A stretch of 32,000 bases of DNA from Geotalea daltonii FRC-32 (GTDB lineage Bacteria; Desulfobacterota; Desulfuromonadia; Geobacterales; Geobacteraceae): positions 330,001 to 362,000 of the forward strand of contig NC_011979.1 in the NCBI RefSeq assembly GCF_000022265.1, given 5' to 3'. The position numbers and the translations under genes are program-made. The notes beneath the pieces were generated by a model that searched no databases, was not told the DNA's origin, and saw only the letters and a list, made by a program, of their open reading frames with translations. Below are positions 14,844 through 23,608 of the stretch, in pieces (the stretch's first letter is position 1; each line of letters starts with the position of its first letter).

Positions 14844-16037
14844 TCAGTGTACGGTCTGGCTGGTCCCCTGGGGCCTGAGGACGATCTTGACGCAGCCGTC
14901 CTGCTTGCGGTCGAAGAGTTCGTAGCCCATGGGTGCATCATTCAGGGACATGCGGTGGGTGATGAGAAACGACGAGTCGATCTCCCCGGTCTCAATCAGT
15001 CGCATCAGCGGCCGCAGGTACTTCTGGACGTGAGTCTGTCCGGCGCGGAGGGTCAACCCTTTGGCGAAAATGGCACCCATGGGCATTTTATCCACAAAGC
15101 CGCTGTATACGCCCGGCACAGAAATAGTTCCTCCCTTGCGGCACGCCTTGATCAACTGGCGCAGGGCAATGGGGCGGTCATTTTCCAGGTGCAGGGTCTG
15201 TTTGACCGTGTCATAGGCTGCTTCGAATCCGGTTCCCTGGGCTTCCATGCCGACGGCGTCGATGCAGGAATCGGGGCCCCGCCCGCCGGTCATGTTGTGC
15301 AGCGCTTCCGTAATGTCGGTTTCTTCATAGTTGAGTGTTTCAGCTTTGCAGTGCATGCGGGCCATTTCCAGTCGCTCGGGGAAGCGGTCTATGGCGAATA
15401 CCTTGCCCGCTCCCAGGTGCCAGGCGCATTTCATTGCCAGAAGCCCTACCGGCCCGCAGCCCCAGACGGCAACCGTGTCCCCTTTCCGAATATTGCAGTT
15501 TTCGGCGGCCTGGTAACCGGTGGGCAGGATATCGGTGAGGAAAAGTACCTTCTCGTCGCCCAATTCCGCAGGGACCTTCTCCAGACCGGTGTCGGCAAAG
15601 GGAACGCGGACGTATTCCGCTTGCCCACCGGCATAGCCGCCGTACAGATGGGAATAGCCGAATATGCCGGCGCCGGTGTCTCCATAGAGTTTTTCCAGCA
15701 TCCAGGAATTGGGATTGGAGTTGTCGCAGAGGGCCCACAGCCCCTCCTGGCAGTACCAGCAGTCGCCGCAGGCTATGGGAAAGGGAACGATGACGCGGTC
15801 GCCGCGGCTGATTGAAGTAATGGCTGAGCCCACCTCGACAACCTCGCCCATGAACTCGTGGCCGAGGATGTCCCCTTCTTTCATGGTCGGGACCTTGCCG
15901 TTATAGAGATGCAGATCTGAGCCGCAGATGCCGGAGAGGGTGACTTTGACGATGGCATCACGAGGGTTGAGGATCTGGGGGTCCGGAACAGTATCTACCT
16001 GCACATTGTGCTTCCCGTGCCAGCAAACAGCCTTCAT
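14844..16037 (-). CDS. Zn-dependent alcohol/formaldehyde dehydrogenase (FDH-like MDR), second paralogue
   Basis: ATG 16037 follows [22 protein letters not shown]...[11 protein letters not shown]...[27 protein letters not shown] and GCGPVG. Confidence 0.85.
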   Translation of the reverse strand: MKAVCWHGKHNVQVDTVPDPQILNPRDAIVKVTLSGICGSDLHLYNGKVPTMKEGDILGHEFMGEVVEVGSAITSISRGDRVIVPFPIACGDCWYCQEGLWALCDNSNPNSWMLEKLYGDTGAGIFGYSHLYGGYAGGQAEYVRVPFADTGLEKVPAELGDEKVLFLTDILPTGYQAAENCNIRKGDTVAVWGCGPVGLLAMKCAWHLGAGKVFAIDRFPERLEMARMHCKAETLNYEETDITEALHNMTGGRGPDSCIDAVGMEAQGTGFEAAYDTVKQTLHLENDRPIALRQLIKACRKGGTISVPGVYSGFVDKMPMGAIFAKGLTLRAGQTHVQKYLRPLMRLIETGEIDSSFLITHRMSLNDAPMGYELFDRKQDGCVKIVLRPQGTSQTVH

Positions 16038-16071
16038 AGAGCCTCCTTTCCTGTAGTGTGAGGTGGCCGGA

Positions 16072-16824
16072 TCAGTGGAAGGTTTCACTTCCCCTGTAGG
16101 CCGCCGTGGCGGTTTCTCCAGTCTCCATAATCTGTTTCAGGCGTTTCAGGTCTTCTTCGATGACCTGGGCATTGATGCCGTGGGCAACCCTGGCCGCTAT
16201 TTTTCCGGCTGCTCCACCGGGGGGGCGATAGGACAGATTAACCTTCAGTTCGGTGCCGCGTCCACCGGGGGCTTCCATGAATTCCACCGACCCTTCGTTG
16301 GGGATATCGGCATTACCCAGGGATTGCCAGCTGATCCTCTGCCCCGGGTAGTCTTCCAGTATCTCCGCATCCCATTCAACCGTTACCCCGGCCGGTCCCT
16401 TTGCCTTCCAGTGGGAGGTGCGGCCGCCGGTAGTGCGGACGGTATCCAGGTGACGCATGAATCTGGGGATGTTTTCGAAGTTATGCCAGAATTCATAGAC
16501 TTCCTGTGGAGAGCGGTTGATGGTCAGCACCTTCTCCACGCTCAGCCCCTTGTCTTCAGTTCCGGCGGTGTCAACGCCCATTGCCTCGAACAGATCGCAA
16601 TGGCCGGTTTTGCCGCGGTAGAGGAACATCCCTCCTGCTGCCATCAGTGCCATTCCCGGCAGAATCCGCTTTTGGGCCAGCTTTGTCAGCCCTGAAACGG
16701 CAAGCGCCGCCCCACCGATCATGGATGCGGTCCTCTCGTTTCGGCCCACATTGATCCGCTCCTTTCCATGCTGTTTTGCCCCTCTTTCCAAGCCACTCCG
16801 GGTTGCTCCAGTTGCAGCTTCCAT
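16072..16824 (-). CDS. SRPBCC (cyclase/dehydrase-like) protein with N-terminal DUF2892-like membrane segment
   Basis: ATG 16824 follows GGAGGAGA. The N-terminus [22 protein letters not shown] is followed by [25 protein letters not shown], typical of SRPBCC/polyketide-cyclase-like folds. Confidence 0.65.
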   Translation of the reverse strand: MEAATGATRSGLERGAKQHGKERINVGRNERTASMIGGAALAVSGLTKLAQKRILPGMALMAAGGMFLYRGKTGHCDLFEAMGVDTAGTEDKGLSVEKVLTINRSPQEVYEFWHNFENIPRFMRHLDTVRTTGGRTSHWKAKGPAGVTVEWDAEILEDYPGQRISWQSLGNADIPNEGSVEFMEAPGGRGTELKVNLSYRPPGGAAGKIAARVAHGINAQVIEEDLKRLKQIMETGETATAAYRGSETFH

Positions 16825-16983
16825 TGTGTCTCCTCCATCAGCCCCACGCTCAGGCTTCCGTTAGAATTAGCTAACTTGGTATTCCAAACTAATAACACAC
16901 GGTTAGGAGAATGCAATCTATTGCCGTTATTTAGGTATTGCTGGAATGGGGTGGACGAAAAAGGCCCGGCGGAGGTAATTGGA

Positions 16984-17007
16984 CCCCGTCCAAAAAGGTG
17001 GACGGGG
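16984..17007 (-). terminator. Hairpin downstream of galE (possible terminator)
   Basis: CCCCGUCCA-6 nt-UGGACGGGG, a 9-bp stem located 29 nt after the galE stop. The U-tract is weak. Confidence 0.35.
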
Positions 17008-17035
17008 CAGTGGAAGGTGATATTGGCGTTGGAAG

Positions 17036-18025
17036 TTACGGGAGCTTCCCTTTGAAGAGTTTCTGCTCCCAGCGCCAGGCATCGGTAACGATTTGCGTCA
17101 GGTTATTATGGCGAGGGGTCCATTTAAGGAGATTCCGGGCGTAATCTGCCCTGGCAATGAGGGAGGCCGGGTCGCCGGGACGGCGTGGCGACTCCACCGC
17201 CGTGAATTCCACTCCCGATACGCGGCGTACCACCTCGACCACCTCCCGGACACTTGATCCTTGTCCGTAGCCCACATTGATGATTTCGGATTGCCCTCCG
17301 TTTTCCAGGTAGCGCAAGGCGGCCAGATGGGCGGAAGCCAGATCCTCCACGTGGATATAGTCGCGAATGCCGGTACCGTCGGGGGTAGGGTAATCGGTGC
17401 CGTAGATGGAGACCTGCTGCCGCATTCCCAGGGCCGCCTGGCAGCATACCTTGATCAAATGGGTGGCGTCGGGGGTCCTCTGGCCCATGCGCGCTTCAGG
17501 GTCAGCCCCAGCAACGTTGAAGTACCGTAGCGCCACATATTTCAGCCCATGGGCCATTGAGGTGTCCCTGAGCATCCATTCGCTCATTAATTTGGAAGTT
17601 CCATAGGGGTTGATGGGGACTGTCGGGGACTCCTCCGAAGCAATACCCTCTTCAGGGAGACCATAGACGGCCGCGGTGCTGGAAAAGATAAAACGCTCCA
17701 CACCGAATTTAACGCAGGTTCTGAGCAGATTCATGGTATTGCAGGTGTTGTTGCCATAGTATTTGAGCGGGTCGGAAACCGACTCCGGGGCGACGATGGC
17801 AGCGGCAAAATGAAGTACGGTCTTCGGTGAGTGAGCGCGAAAAACCTGTTCCAACATTTCCGCGTCGGACAGTTCGCCGACAATGAGTCTTTCGCCGTTG
17901 ACAAGGGCCTCGGCAGAACCGGTGGAAAGGTTGTCATAGACAATTACTTCAAGCCCCGCTTCACTGAGCTGACGGACAACATGGCTGCCGATATAGCCGC
18001 AGCCACCTGTTACAAGGATAGGCAT
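17036..18025 (-). CDS. galE: UDP-glucose 4-epimerase
   Basis: ATG 18025 follows AGGAGA. MPILVTGGCGYIGSHVV (NAD motif), YGTSKLMSE (YxxxK) and the overall GalE-like sequence. Confidence 0.9.
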   Translation of the reverse strand: MPILVTGGCGYIGSHVVRQLSEAGLEVIVYDNLSTGSAEALVNGERLIVGELSDAEMLEQVFRAHSPKTVLHFAAAIVAPESVSDPLKYYGNNTCNTMNLLRTCVKFGVERFIFSSTAAVYGLPEEGIASEESPTVPINPYGTSKLMSEWMLRDTSMAHGLKYVALRYFNVAGADPEARMGQRTPDATHLIKVCCQAALGMRQQVSIYGTDYPTPDGTGIRDYIHVEDLASAHLAALRYLENGGQSEIINVGYGQGSSVREVVEVVRRVSGVEFTAVESPRRPGDPASLIARADYARNLLKWTPRHNNLTQIVTDAWRWEQKLFKGKLP

Positions 18026-18303
18026 ATGGATTCTCCTGACGCAAAGGGGTGTGATGCCGGATGGAAATAATGCCACACGGCGACCGGCTCGATAAAGAAA
18101 AAATTTACTCTTTCATTAAAGATTGGCGGACTATCCTGGCGGGTTCCAGTCGGACTCCGGTAAACATAAAGTGTTTTTAATGGTAACAGAGGTGACTGGT
18201 CATTTCAAGTGAAGATCTTGACTCTTTTTTCCCCTTTTATCTCCCTGTGATTTACCGTAGGATATGTTCGCCTCCTTGAAGGGAGGCTGTCGGAGGTGGA
18301 TCG

Positions 18304-19965
18304 ATGAATTCGCTGCTCATAAAAGGCGCAACGTTGGTTGACGGCAGCGGAGGGGCCGCCTGTCCGGCCGATGTTCTGATGGCAGAGGGGCGCATTCTTG
18401 CCGTCGGCCGAGGAAATTCCAGTCTCCCTGCAGACAAGGTAGTGGATGCGGCCGGCCTCGTGTTGGCTCCTGGATTCATCGACATCCACAGCCATACGGA
18501 TATGACCCTGTTCCGATATCCGCTGGTGGAAAGCAAGGCTTTTCAGGGGGTAACCCTGGAGGTGACCGGTAATTGCGGGCTGAGCTTTTTCCCGGTGGCT
18601 GCAGGGGGAGAGCGTCAACTGGCCGAATATCTGGCGCTGCACGACTTCTGCCAGCCCGCGGGCGGCATTGCCTGGAATGACCTCGCCTCCTGGAGCGAAG
18701 CGGTCGAGCGGCCGGGGATGGGGATCAACGTGGCGCCGCTGGTGGGGCATGCTTCCCTGCGTATAGCTGCCATGGGCATGGAAAGCCGACCGCCGACCCC
18801 CGGCGAGCTGGAGCAGATGCAGGTAACGTTGAAAATAGCCCTGCAGCAGGGAGCATGGGGCATGTCCACCGGGCTTATTTATCCGCCGGGAAGCTATGCA
18901 GATCGGGACGAACTGATTGCCCTTGCCCGTACCTTGGCAGATCATGGCGCCCTGTACACGAGCCACATTCGCAGCGAAGGGGAAGGGCTGGCGGCGGCCC
19001 TTGAAGAAGCCATGGCCATAGGCAGGGAGAGCGGAGTGCGGGTGCAGATTTCCCACCTCAAGGCCATGGGGAGGAGCAATCGGGGACACGCCGGAGAAAT
19101 ATTGAAGAAAATTGCAGCGGCACGCGCAACTGGCCTGGATATCGCAGCCGATCAGTATCCCTATGCGGCTTCAGCTACCACCCTGGCGGCCCTAGTCCCA
19201 CAGTGGGCCCACGAAGGAGGAGCTTCTTCCCTCTTGCTGCGGCTGCAGGCACCCGAGCTGCGGGCTCAACTAACGGCTGAAATCGACAGCGCCATGGCTG
19301 CCCGCGAGGGAGCGGCAGGAATCATGATCAGTAATTGCCGCTCCGGGCAAAACCGCCATTTCTCCGGCAAGACTATCGCCGAGATTGCCGACCGCTGGGG
19401 GTGCAACGGCGCCGCAGCGGTGATCAGGCTATTGGTGGAAGAGAAGGGGGAGGTGGGTGCCATCTTCTTTTCCATGGCAGAGGAAGATGTGGTGGCCATT
19501 CTCGCCGATCCGGCAGTCATGGTCGGTTCCGACGGGCATGGCCTCAATGCCGGGGATGCCTCTGGTGAAGCGACCCATCCCCGCTCCTATGGTACTTTTA
19601 CCCGCGTCCTTGGGCGCTATGTGCGGGATGAAAACCTGCTGTCACTGGAGGCAGCCATCCACAAGATGACTGGACTGCCGGCATCCCGCTTGGGGCTGAG
19701 CGACCGCGGGCTGGTGCGGGAGGGTTATGTCGCCGATCTGGTCCTCTTCAATCCGGCAACGGTCAGGGACCAGGCGGATTACGCGGATCCCCACCGCTAC
19801 GCCACCGGCATCGTACATCTTTTCGTGGCCGGGGAACCGGTGATCTGGGACGGCAAGCTTACCGGGCGAAGACCAGGACGGGTCCTGCGCAGGCTCTCTT
19901 CTAAAAAAGAGAACACCTTCCGTTTTGAACAAGCCATTGCTAAAGGAGAATCTAATGTCCCTTGA
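18304..19965 (+). CDS. D-aminoacylase (N-acyl-D-amino-acid deacylase) family amidohydrolase
   Basis: The SD is GGAGGTG. MNSLLIKGATLVDGSG...APGFIDIHSHTD carries the HxH metal motif. Length and C-terminal beta-domain match D-aminoacylases. Confidence 0.8.
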   Translation: MNSLLIKGATLVDGSGGAACPADVLMAEGRILAVGRGNSSLPADKVVDAAGLVLAPGFIDIHSHTDMTLFRYPLVESKAFQGVTLEVTGNCGLSFFPVAAGGERQLAEYLALHDFCQPAGGIAWNDLASWSEAVERPGMGINVAPLVGHASLRIAAMGMESRPPTPGELEQMQVTLKIALQQGAWGMSTGLIYPPGSYADRDELIALARTLADHGALYTSHIRSEGEGLAAALEEAMAIGRESGVRVQISHLKAMGRSNRGHAGEILKKIAAARATGLDIAADQYPYAASATTLAALVPQWAHEGGASSLLLRLQAPELRAQLTAEIDSAMAAREGAAGIMISNCRSGQNRHFSGKTIAEIADRWGCNGAAAVIRLLVEEKGEVGAIFFSMAEEDVVAILADPAVMVGSDGHGLNAGDASGEATHPRSYGTFTRVLGRYVRDENLLSLEAAIHKMTGLPASRLGLSDRGLVREGYVADLVLFNPATVRDQADYADPHRYATGIVHLFVAGEPVIWDGKLTGRRPGRVLRRLSSKKENTFRFEQAIAKGESNVP

Positions 19966-21265
19966 AACAGTACCCGGCATTTTCTGGGGCCTGCTCGGCC
20001 TGGCGCCGCTCCTGGTCTACATTATCCTGGTATTCCGCAATGTGGACATCCTGGCCGCCACCGTGATCTGTGTTGTCATCGGGGCCATTCTCAGTCAACA
20101 GACCCTGGTTTCCCTGGGAACGGCGTTGGCCGGCAGCATGGGATCCTTTCTGGCGCTGGTGGGGCTGATCATCATGCTTGGGCGGGGCCTGGGCGAGGTG
20201 CTCAATGCCACCAAAGTGTCCCACACCATCGTCCACGGCATCATCTACAGTATAGGGGTGGACACGGAGAGGAAGGCCATGCTGGGCATCATGGTTGCTT
20301 GTCTCGTCATTGTCGGTCTGCTGGGGACCATGGCGGGGGGGAATGCCATCATCGCCCCCATCGTCCTCCCCATTGCCGCAGCCCTTGGGCTGTCCCGGAG
20401 CACAGTGGGGGTCATTTTCCAGGCGGTGGGGGAGGAGGCGCTGATCCTGGGGCCCTTTTCCCCGCCGGTGATAACGCTGCTCGGCCTGACCAATATTGGC
20501 TACGGGGAAATGCTGCTCTATGTTTCCGGCCCGGTTGCCCTCATTACCCTCGCGGTGACCTGGTTGATGATTCAGCGCATCCAGCGCAATACTCGCCATT
20601 TGACGCCCTATGAACAACCGGAGGAGTTGGAGCGCTTCGAGCCGACTCGGCAGAACCGGCATGCTACCCTTGCCTTTACGGTGGCCTTTGTTGTCGCCGT
20701 CATCTATGGCATCGCGGTAAAGGCGCCGACTTCGTTTGTCGTGGTTATCATGCTGGGGCTTTCATTCATCACCGGTTTTACCGGGGGCCTCAGGTTCGAG
20801 CAAATCCTCAGGCACATCATCCACGGCATGGCCGGCAATGTGGGGCTGTTCCTACTCTTTCTCCTCCTGGACCCGTTTATCATCTTTGTGGAAAAGGCAG
20901 GTGGCTTTGCTGCCCTGACAACACTGCTGAAACCGATGATGGAGAGCGGCGGCAAGTCGGCCATTGTCATCACCGGCGGATTTCTCGGCGCCTTCGGCAT
21001 CAGCGGCGCGACGGTGGCCACTCTCAAGCTGCTTCACGAGATGTTCAATCCGCTGCTTGCCAAATATGCCGTCTCTATGCTCGCCTGGTCCCTTGCCCTG
21101 GTGGTGGCAACGAGAGTGCACAATTTTGTCTTCCCAGGGGCTAATATGGTCAGTTCCCTCGGATTTGCCGAATCAACCGATATGAAGTCCATGCTGCGTA
21201 ACGGCTGGCTGGTGGCGGCTTGTCAGCTCACCTTCCTGGTTCTCTTCAGCCTGTTTTTTGCCTGA
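19955..21265 (+). CDS. Polytopic permease, ion-transporter superfamily (GntP/DsdX- or NhaC-like)
   Basis: ATG 19955 follows AAAGGAGAA and overlaps the D-aminoacylase 3' end by 11 nt. There are about 11-12 hydrophobic segments. GGNAIIAPIVLPIAAALGLS resembles IT-superfamily hairpin motifs. Confidence 0.6.
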   Translation: MSLETVPGIFWGLLGLAPLLVYIILVFRNVDILAATVICVVIGAILSQQTLVSLGTALAGSMGSFLALVGLIIMLGRGLGEVLNATKVSHTIVHGIIYSIGVDTERKAMLGIMVACLVIVGLLGTMAGGNAIIAPIVLPIAAALGLSRSTVGVIFQAVGEEALILGPFSPPVITLLGLTNIGYGEMLLYVSGPVALITLAVTWLMIQRIQRNTRHLTPYEQPEELERFEPTRQNRHATLAFTVAFVVAVIYGIAVKAPTSFVVVIMLGLSFITGFTGGLRFEQILRHIIHGMAGNVGLFLLFLLLDPFIIFVEKAGGFAALTTLLKPMMESGGKSAIVITGGFLGAFGISGATVATLKLLHEMFNPLLAKYAVSMLAWSLALVVATRVHNFVFPGANMVSSLGFAESTDMKSMLRNGWLVAACQLTFLVLFSLFFA

Positions 21266-21296
21266 AGATCATGAATCCATAAGGAGTGACTTTTGC

Positions 21297-22064
21297 ATGT
21301 TGAAGAACATGTACAGGATTCCCTACAGTAATCTCACAGCTACCTGCCTGTTTCTCCTCCTTCTGATGGCAATGCTGCTTTTTACCGGCTGCGTGCAGAA
21401 TTCCGGGCTCGTTTCTTACCAGCAAAAGGATTACGCCGGAGCACTGCGTCACTTTCAATCGGAAGGTGATTCGGCCGGTGATTTTGCTGCCGGCGTCATG
21501 CATTACAAGGGCGAAGGGGTGCAGCGCGACCCTGCCGAAGCTGCAGTCTGGTTCCAGCGTGCTGCTAACGGCGGTCACGCCAGTGCCCAATTCAATCTGG
21601 GTCTTCTCTACCTGAATGGTGAAGGGGTAGCCAAGGACCTGGGGGAAGCATTCTGCTGGTTCAGTCGGGCGGCGGCCCAGGGGGATGCCCGAGCCCAGTA
21701 CAACCTTGGGTTGATGTATGCCAGGGGGGACGGGGTGGCCGAGGACATGGCCGCAACCCTGAACTGGTTCAGGCTGGCGGCAGAACAGGGCTACGTCAAG
21801 GCTCAGATTTATCTGGGGGGATTATATGCCCGCGGCGAAGGGGTAGAAAAGGACCGCCGGGAGGCGGTGCGCTGGTTCCGCATGGCGGCAGAGCAAGAAT
21901 CCACCGAAGCCCAGGTGTATCTGGGGGTTATGTACACCAAGGGAGATGGAGTGGAAAAAGATAACGACGAGGCAGCTTACTGGCTGAATCGCGCTGCCCG
22001 CAAAGGCTCTATAACGGCTCAGCGCTACCTGGAAAAGCTCTCGGCAAAGACTACTAAAAAATGA
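21297..22064 (+). CDS. Sel1-repeat (SLR/TPR-like) lipoprotein
   Basis: ATG 21297 follows AAGGAG. Lipobox LFTGC. At least six repeats of the A.WF..AA.QG...AQ..LG.MY..G.GV..D type. Confidence 0.85.
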   Translation: MLKNMYRIPYSNLTATCLFLLLLMAMLLFTGCVQNSGLVSYQQKDYAGALRHFQSEGDSAGDFAAGVMHYKGEGVQRDPAEAAVWFQRAANGGHASAQFNLGLLYLNGEGVAKDLGEAFCWFSRAAAQGDARAQYNLGLMYARGDGVAEDMAATLNWFRLAAEQGYVKAQIYLGGLYARGEGVEKDRREAVRWFRMAAEQESTEAQVYLGVMYTKGDGVEKDNDEAAYWLNRAARKGSITAQRYLEKLSAKTTKK

Positions 22065-22203
22065 AAACGCCTCTTTCATCCTCCCTGCGCGTACCGGACC
22101 CTGAAACCCTCAGCGTAAAATAATTCCATCCATGACCATGATGACGGCGCCGGCCACGATTACCCTATGCCCGAAAAAGGCGGATTTGCCGTACTCCCTG
22201 CCG

Positions 22204-22231
22204 TTGACATTGTGGAGTACTCTTTTATTCT
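22204..22231 (+). promoter_or_regulatory. Candidate sigma70 promoter (TTGACA-16-TATTCT)
   Basis: A perfect -35 lies at 22204-22209 and a -10-like TATTCT at 22226-22231, about 40 nt upstream of ATG 22270. Confidence 0.4.
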
Positions 22232-22269
22232 TTTTAAATAAGCACTAATCCAACGCAAGGAGGCACATC

Positions 22270-22473
22270 ATGGCTGAAAAGCTCAAGGACAAGGACTATG
22301 ATCTCATCAGCGTCATCTACAATGCTTCACAGGCGGCGGATACATGTAACCAGTATATGAGGGATGCCGACCAGGAAGGGGACCGTGAGGCTCGCCAGTA
22401 TTTCAACGAGGTGCTGGAGACGAACGCCAACCTGGTGCAGAAGGGGAAGGACCTGTTGAAGAACCGGCTGTAG
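22270..22473 (+). CDS. Small (67 aa) charged helical protein of unknown function
   Basis: A strong SD AAGGAGG lies 7 nt upstream. The composition is predicted all-helical. I do not recognise the family. Confidence 0.6.
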   Translation: MAEKLKDKDYDLISVIYNASQAADTCNQYMRDADQEGDREARQYFNEVLETNANLVQKGKDLLKNRL

Positions 22474-22480
22474 CGATAAC

Positions 22481-22660
22481 TAGTTTCCATCCGGAAACTC
22501 CGGATGAGAAACTAGTGGTTTCCGATTCGGAAAGAGGGGATTTTTTGTTCTGGCAAGGAAATCAAGGGCTTGCGCGGAGACGTACATCGGTACGTCGCAC
22601 AAGTAAGCCCGCAGATTGACGCCGCCAGGGCAGAAAAGAACCCTTTCCGGATGGAAACTA
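22481..22660. repeat. 180-bp MITE-like element with perfect 17-bp terminal inverted repeats
   Basis: tagtttccatccggaaa (22481-22497) is the exact reverse complement of tttccggatggaaacta (22644-22660). Read as 15-bp TIRs, both ends are flanked by TA. An imperfect direct copy of the left arm lies at 22510-22534. The interior holds a hairpin GGGCTT...GACGTAC-ATCG-GTACGTC...AAGCCC (22566-22610). Confidence 0.5.
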
Positions 22661-22744
22661 ACTGCGGCAGAGCGAAGGTAAAGGCCGCCTACGGCTGAAT
22701 TAGATTCGACGGGATGTAGTTACCTACAACTGAAAGGAGCTGCC

Positions 22745-23278
22745 ATGAAAAAAAGGGTATCGATAATTTTATTGATCAGTCTTTTTGTTTTAAGCACTGT
22801 GACAATGCTGGCCTTTGCTGCAGACAAGGGTTTGGCGGGTAAAGACAAGGATTTCATCAAAAAGGCGGCCAGTGGGGGCATGATGGAGGTTGAGCTGGGT
22901 CAATTGGCAGAGTCGAAGGCCCAGAACCCGGAGGTAAAAAACTTCGGCAAGCGGATGGTGACGGATCACGGCAAGGCCAATGAGGAATTGAAGACCCTCG
23001 CCCAGCAGAAAAACGTTACCCTGCCCACCAAGCTTGAGCGCAAACACAGATCCATGGTGGACAAGCTGAACAAGGCTTCCGCCGCCGAATTCGATAAGAA
23101 ATACATGTCCGATATGGTCAAGGACCATAAGCATGATGTGGATGACTTCAGGAAGGCGACCCAGAAGGTGAAGGACCCTGAGGTAAAGGCGTGGGCGGAA
23201 AAGACGCTGCCGGTTCTCGAACAGCATCTGCAGCAGGCACAGGAACTGGCAGCGAAGGTGGGCGCCAAGGTCAAATAG
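22745..23278 (+). CDS. DUF4142-like exported protein (ferritin-like four-helix repeat)
   Basis: The SD is AAAGGAG, with a signal peptide ending AFA. DKDFIKKAASGGMMEVELGQLA and FDKKYMSDMVKDHKHDV are typical DUF4142 motifs. Confidence 0.7.
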   Translation: MKKRVSIILLISLFVLSTVTMLAFAADKGLAGKDKDFIKKAASGGMMEVELGQLAESKAQNPEVKNFGKRMVTDHGKANEELKTLAQQKNVTLPTKLERKHRSMVDKLNKASAAEFDKKYMSDMVKDHKHDVDDFRKATQKVKDPEVKAWAEKTLPVLEQHLQQAQELAAKVGAKVK

Positions 23279-23387
23279 CAACCCGATGGGGATCCTTCTC
23301 CTTGGGTGAGGGCTTGGCCGGATGAGAGGGCTTTTCAGTGCCAACCAGGAAAAATAGTGAACAACCAACGACCGGTATGATGACGAT

Positions 23388-23577
23388 GGCCCGCTTCCTG
23401 CGGGCCTGAGTCTGATGAAAAAGCCCCATCTGCGGCGTTGCCCTTACCAGTCGTCGCTGCGGCGTACCGTTAAGTACGCCTCACTCCTCAGGTTTCGGGC
23501 GCCTTGCACTTAGGGCTTTTTGATCAGCCTTACATATTGTGACTTCGTCAGCAAACTGGGCCCGCTTCCTGCGGGCC
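23388..23577. repeat. Two identical 19-nt hairpins flanking a 116-bp element with 15-bp inverted ends
   Basis: ggcccgcttcctgcgggcc occurs at 23388-23406 and again at 23559-23577. Between the copies, ctgatgaaaaagccc (23412-23426) and gggctttttgatcag (23513-23527) are complementary at 14 of 15 positions. An inner hairpin GGCGTAC-CGTTAA-GTACGCC is present. Confidence 0.75.
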
Positions 23578-23608
23578 TTCGATTTATTAAATGAAAAAGG
23601 AGTAGCAG

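Noticed and set aside
14790-15815. 341-aa plus-strand ORF. Similar long ORFs lie at 1332..2129 (-), 8067..8897 (-), 18205..19089 (-), 19952..20662 (-), 24818..25753 (-), 30019..30996 (-) and 31410..31979 (-).
   Set aside because: All lie antisense to, or out of frame with, genes that have clear family signatures and SD-supported starts. None has a credible SD, and their compositions are shadow-frame-like.
22098-22200. Minus-strand reading frame ending ...REYGKSAFFGHRVIVAGAVIMVMDGIILR*, which looks like the C-terminus of a membrane protein.
   Set aside because: There is no in-frame ATG/GTG/TTG start with an SD. It is too short to assign and could at most be a gene remnant.
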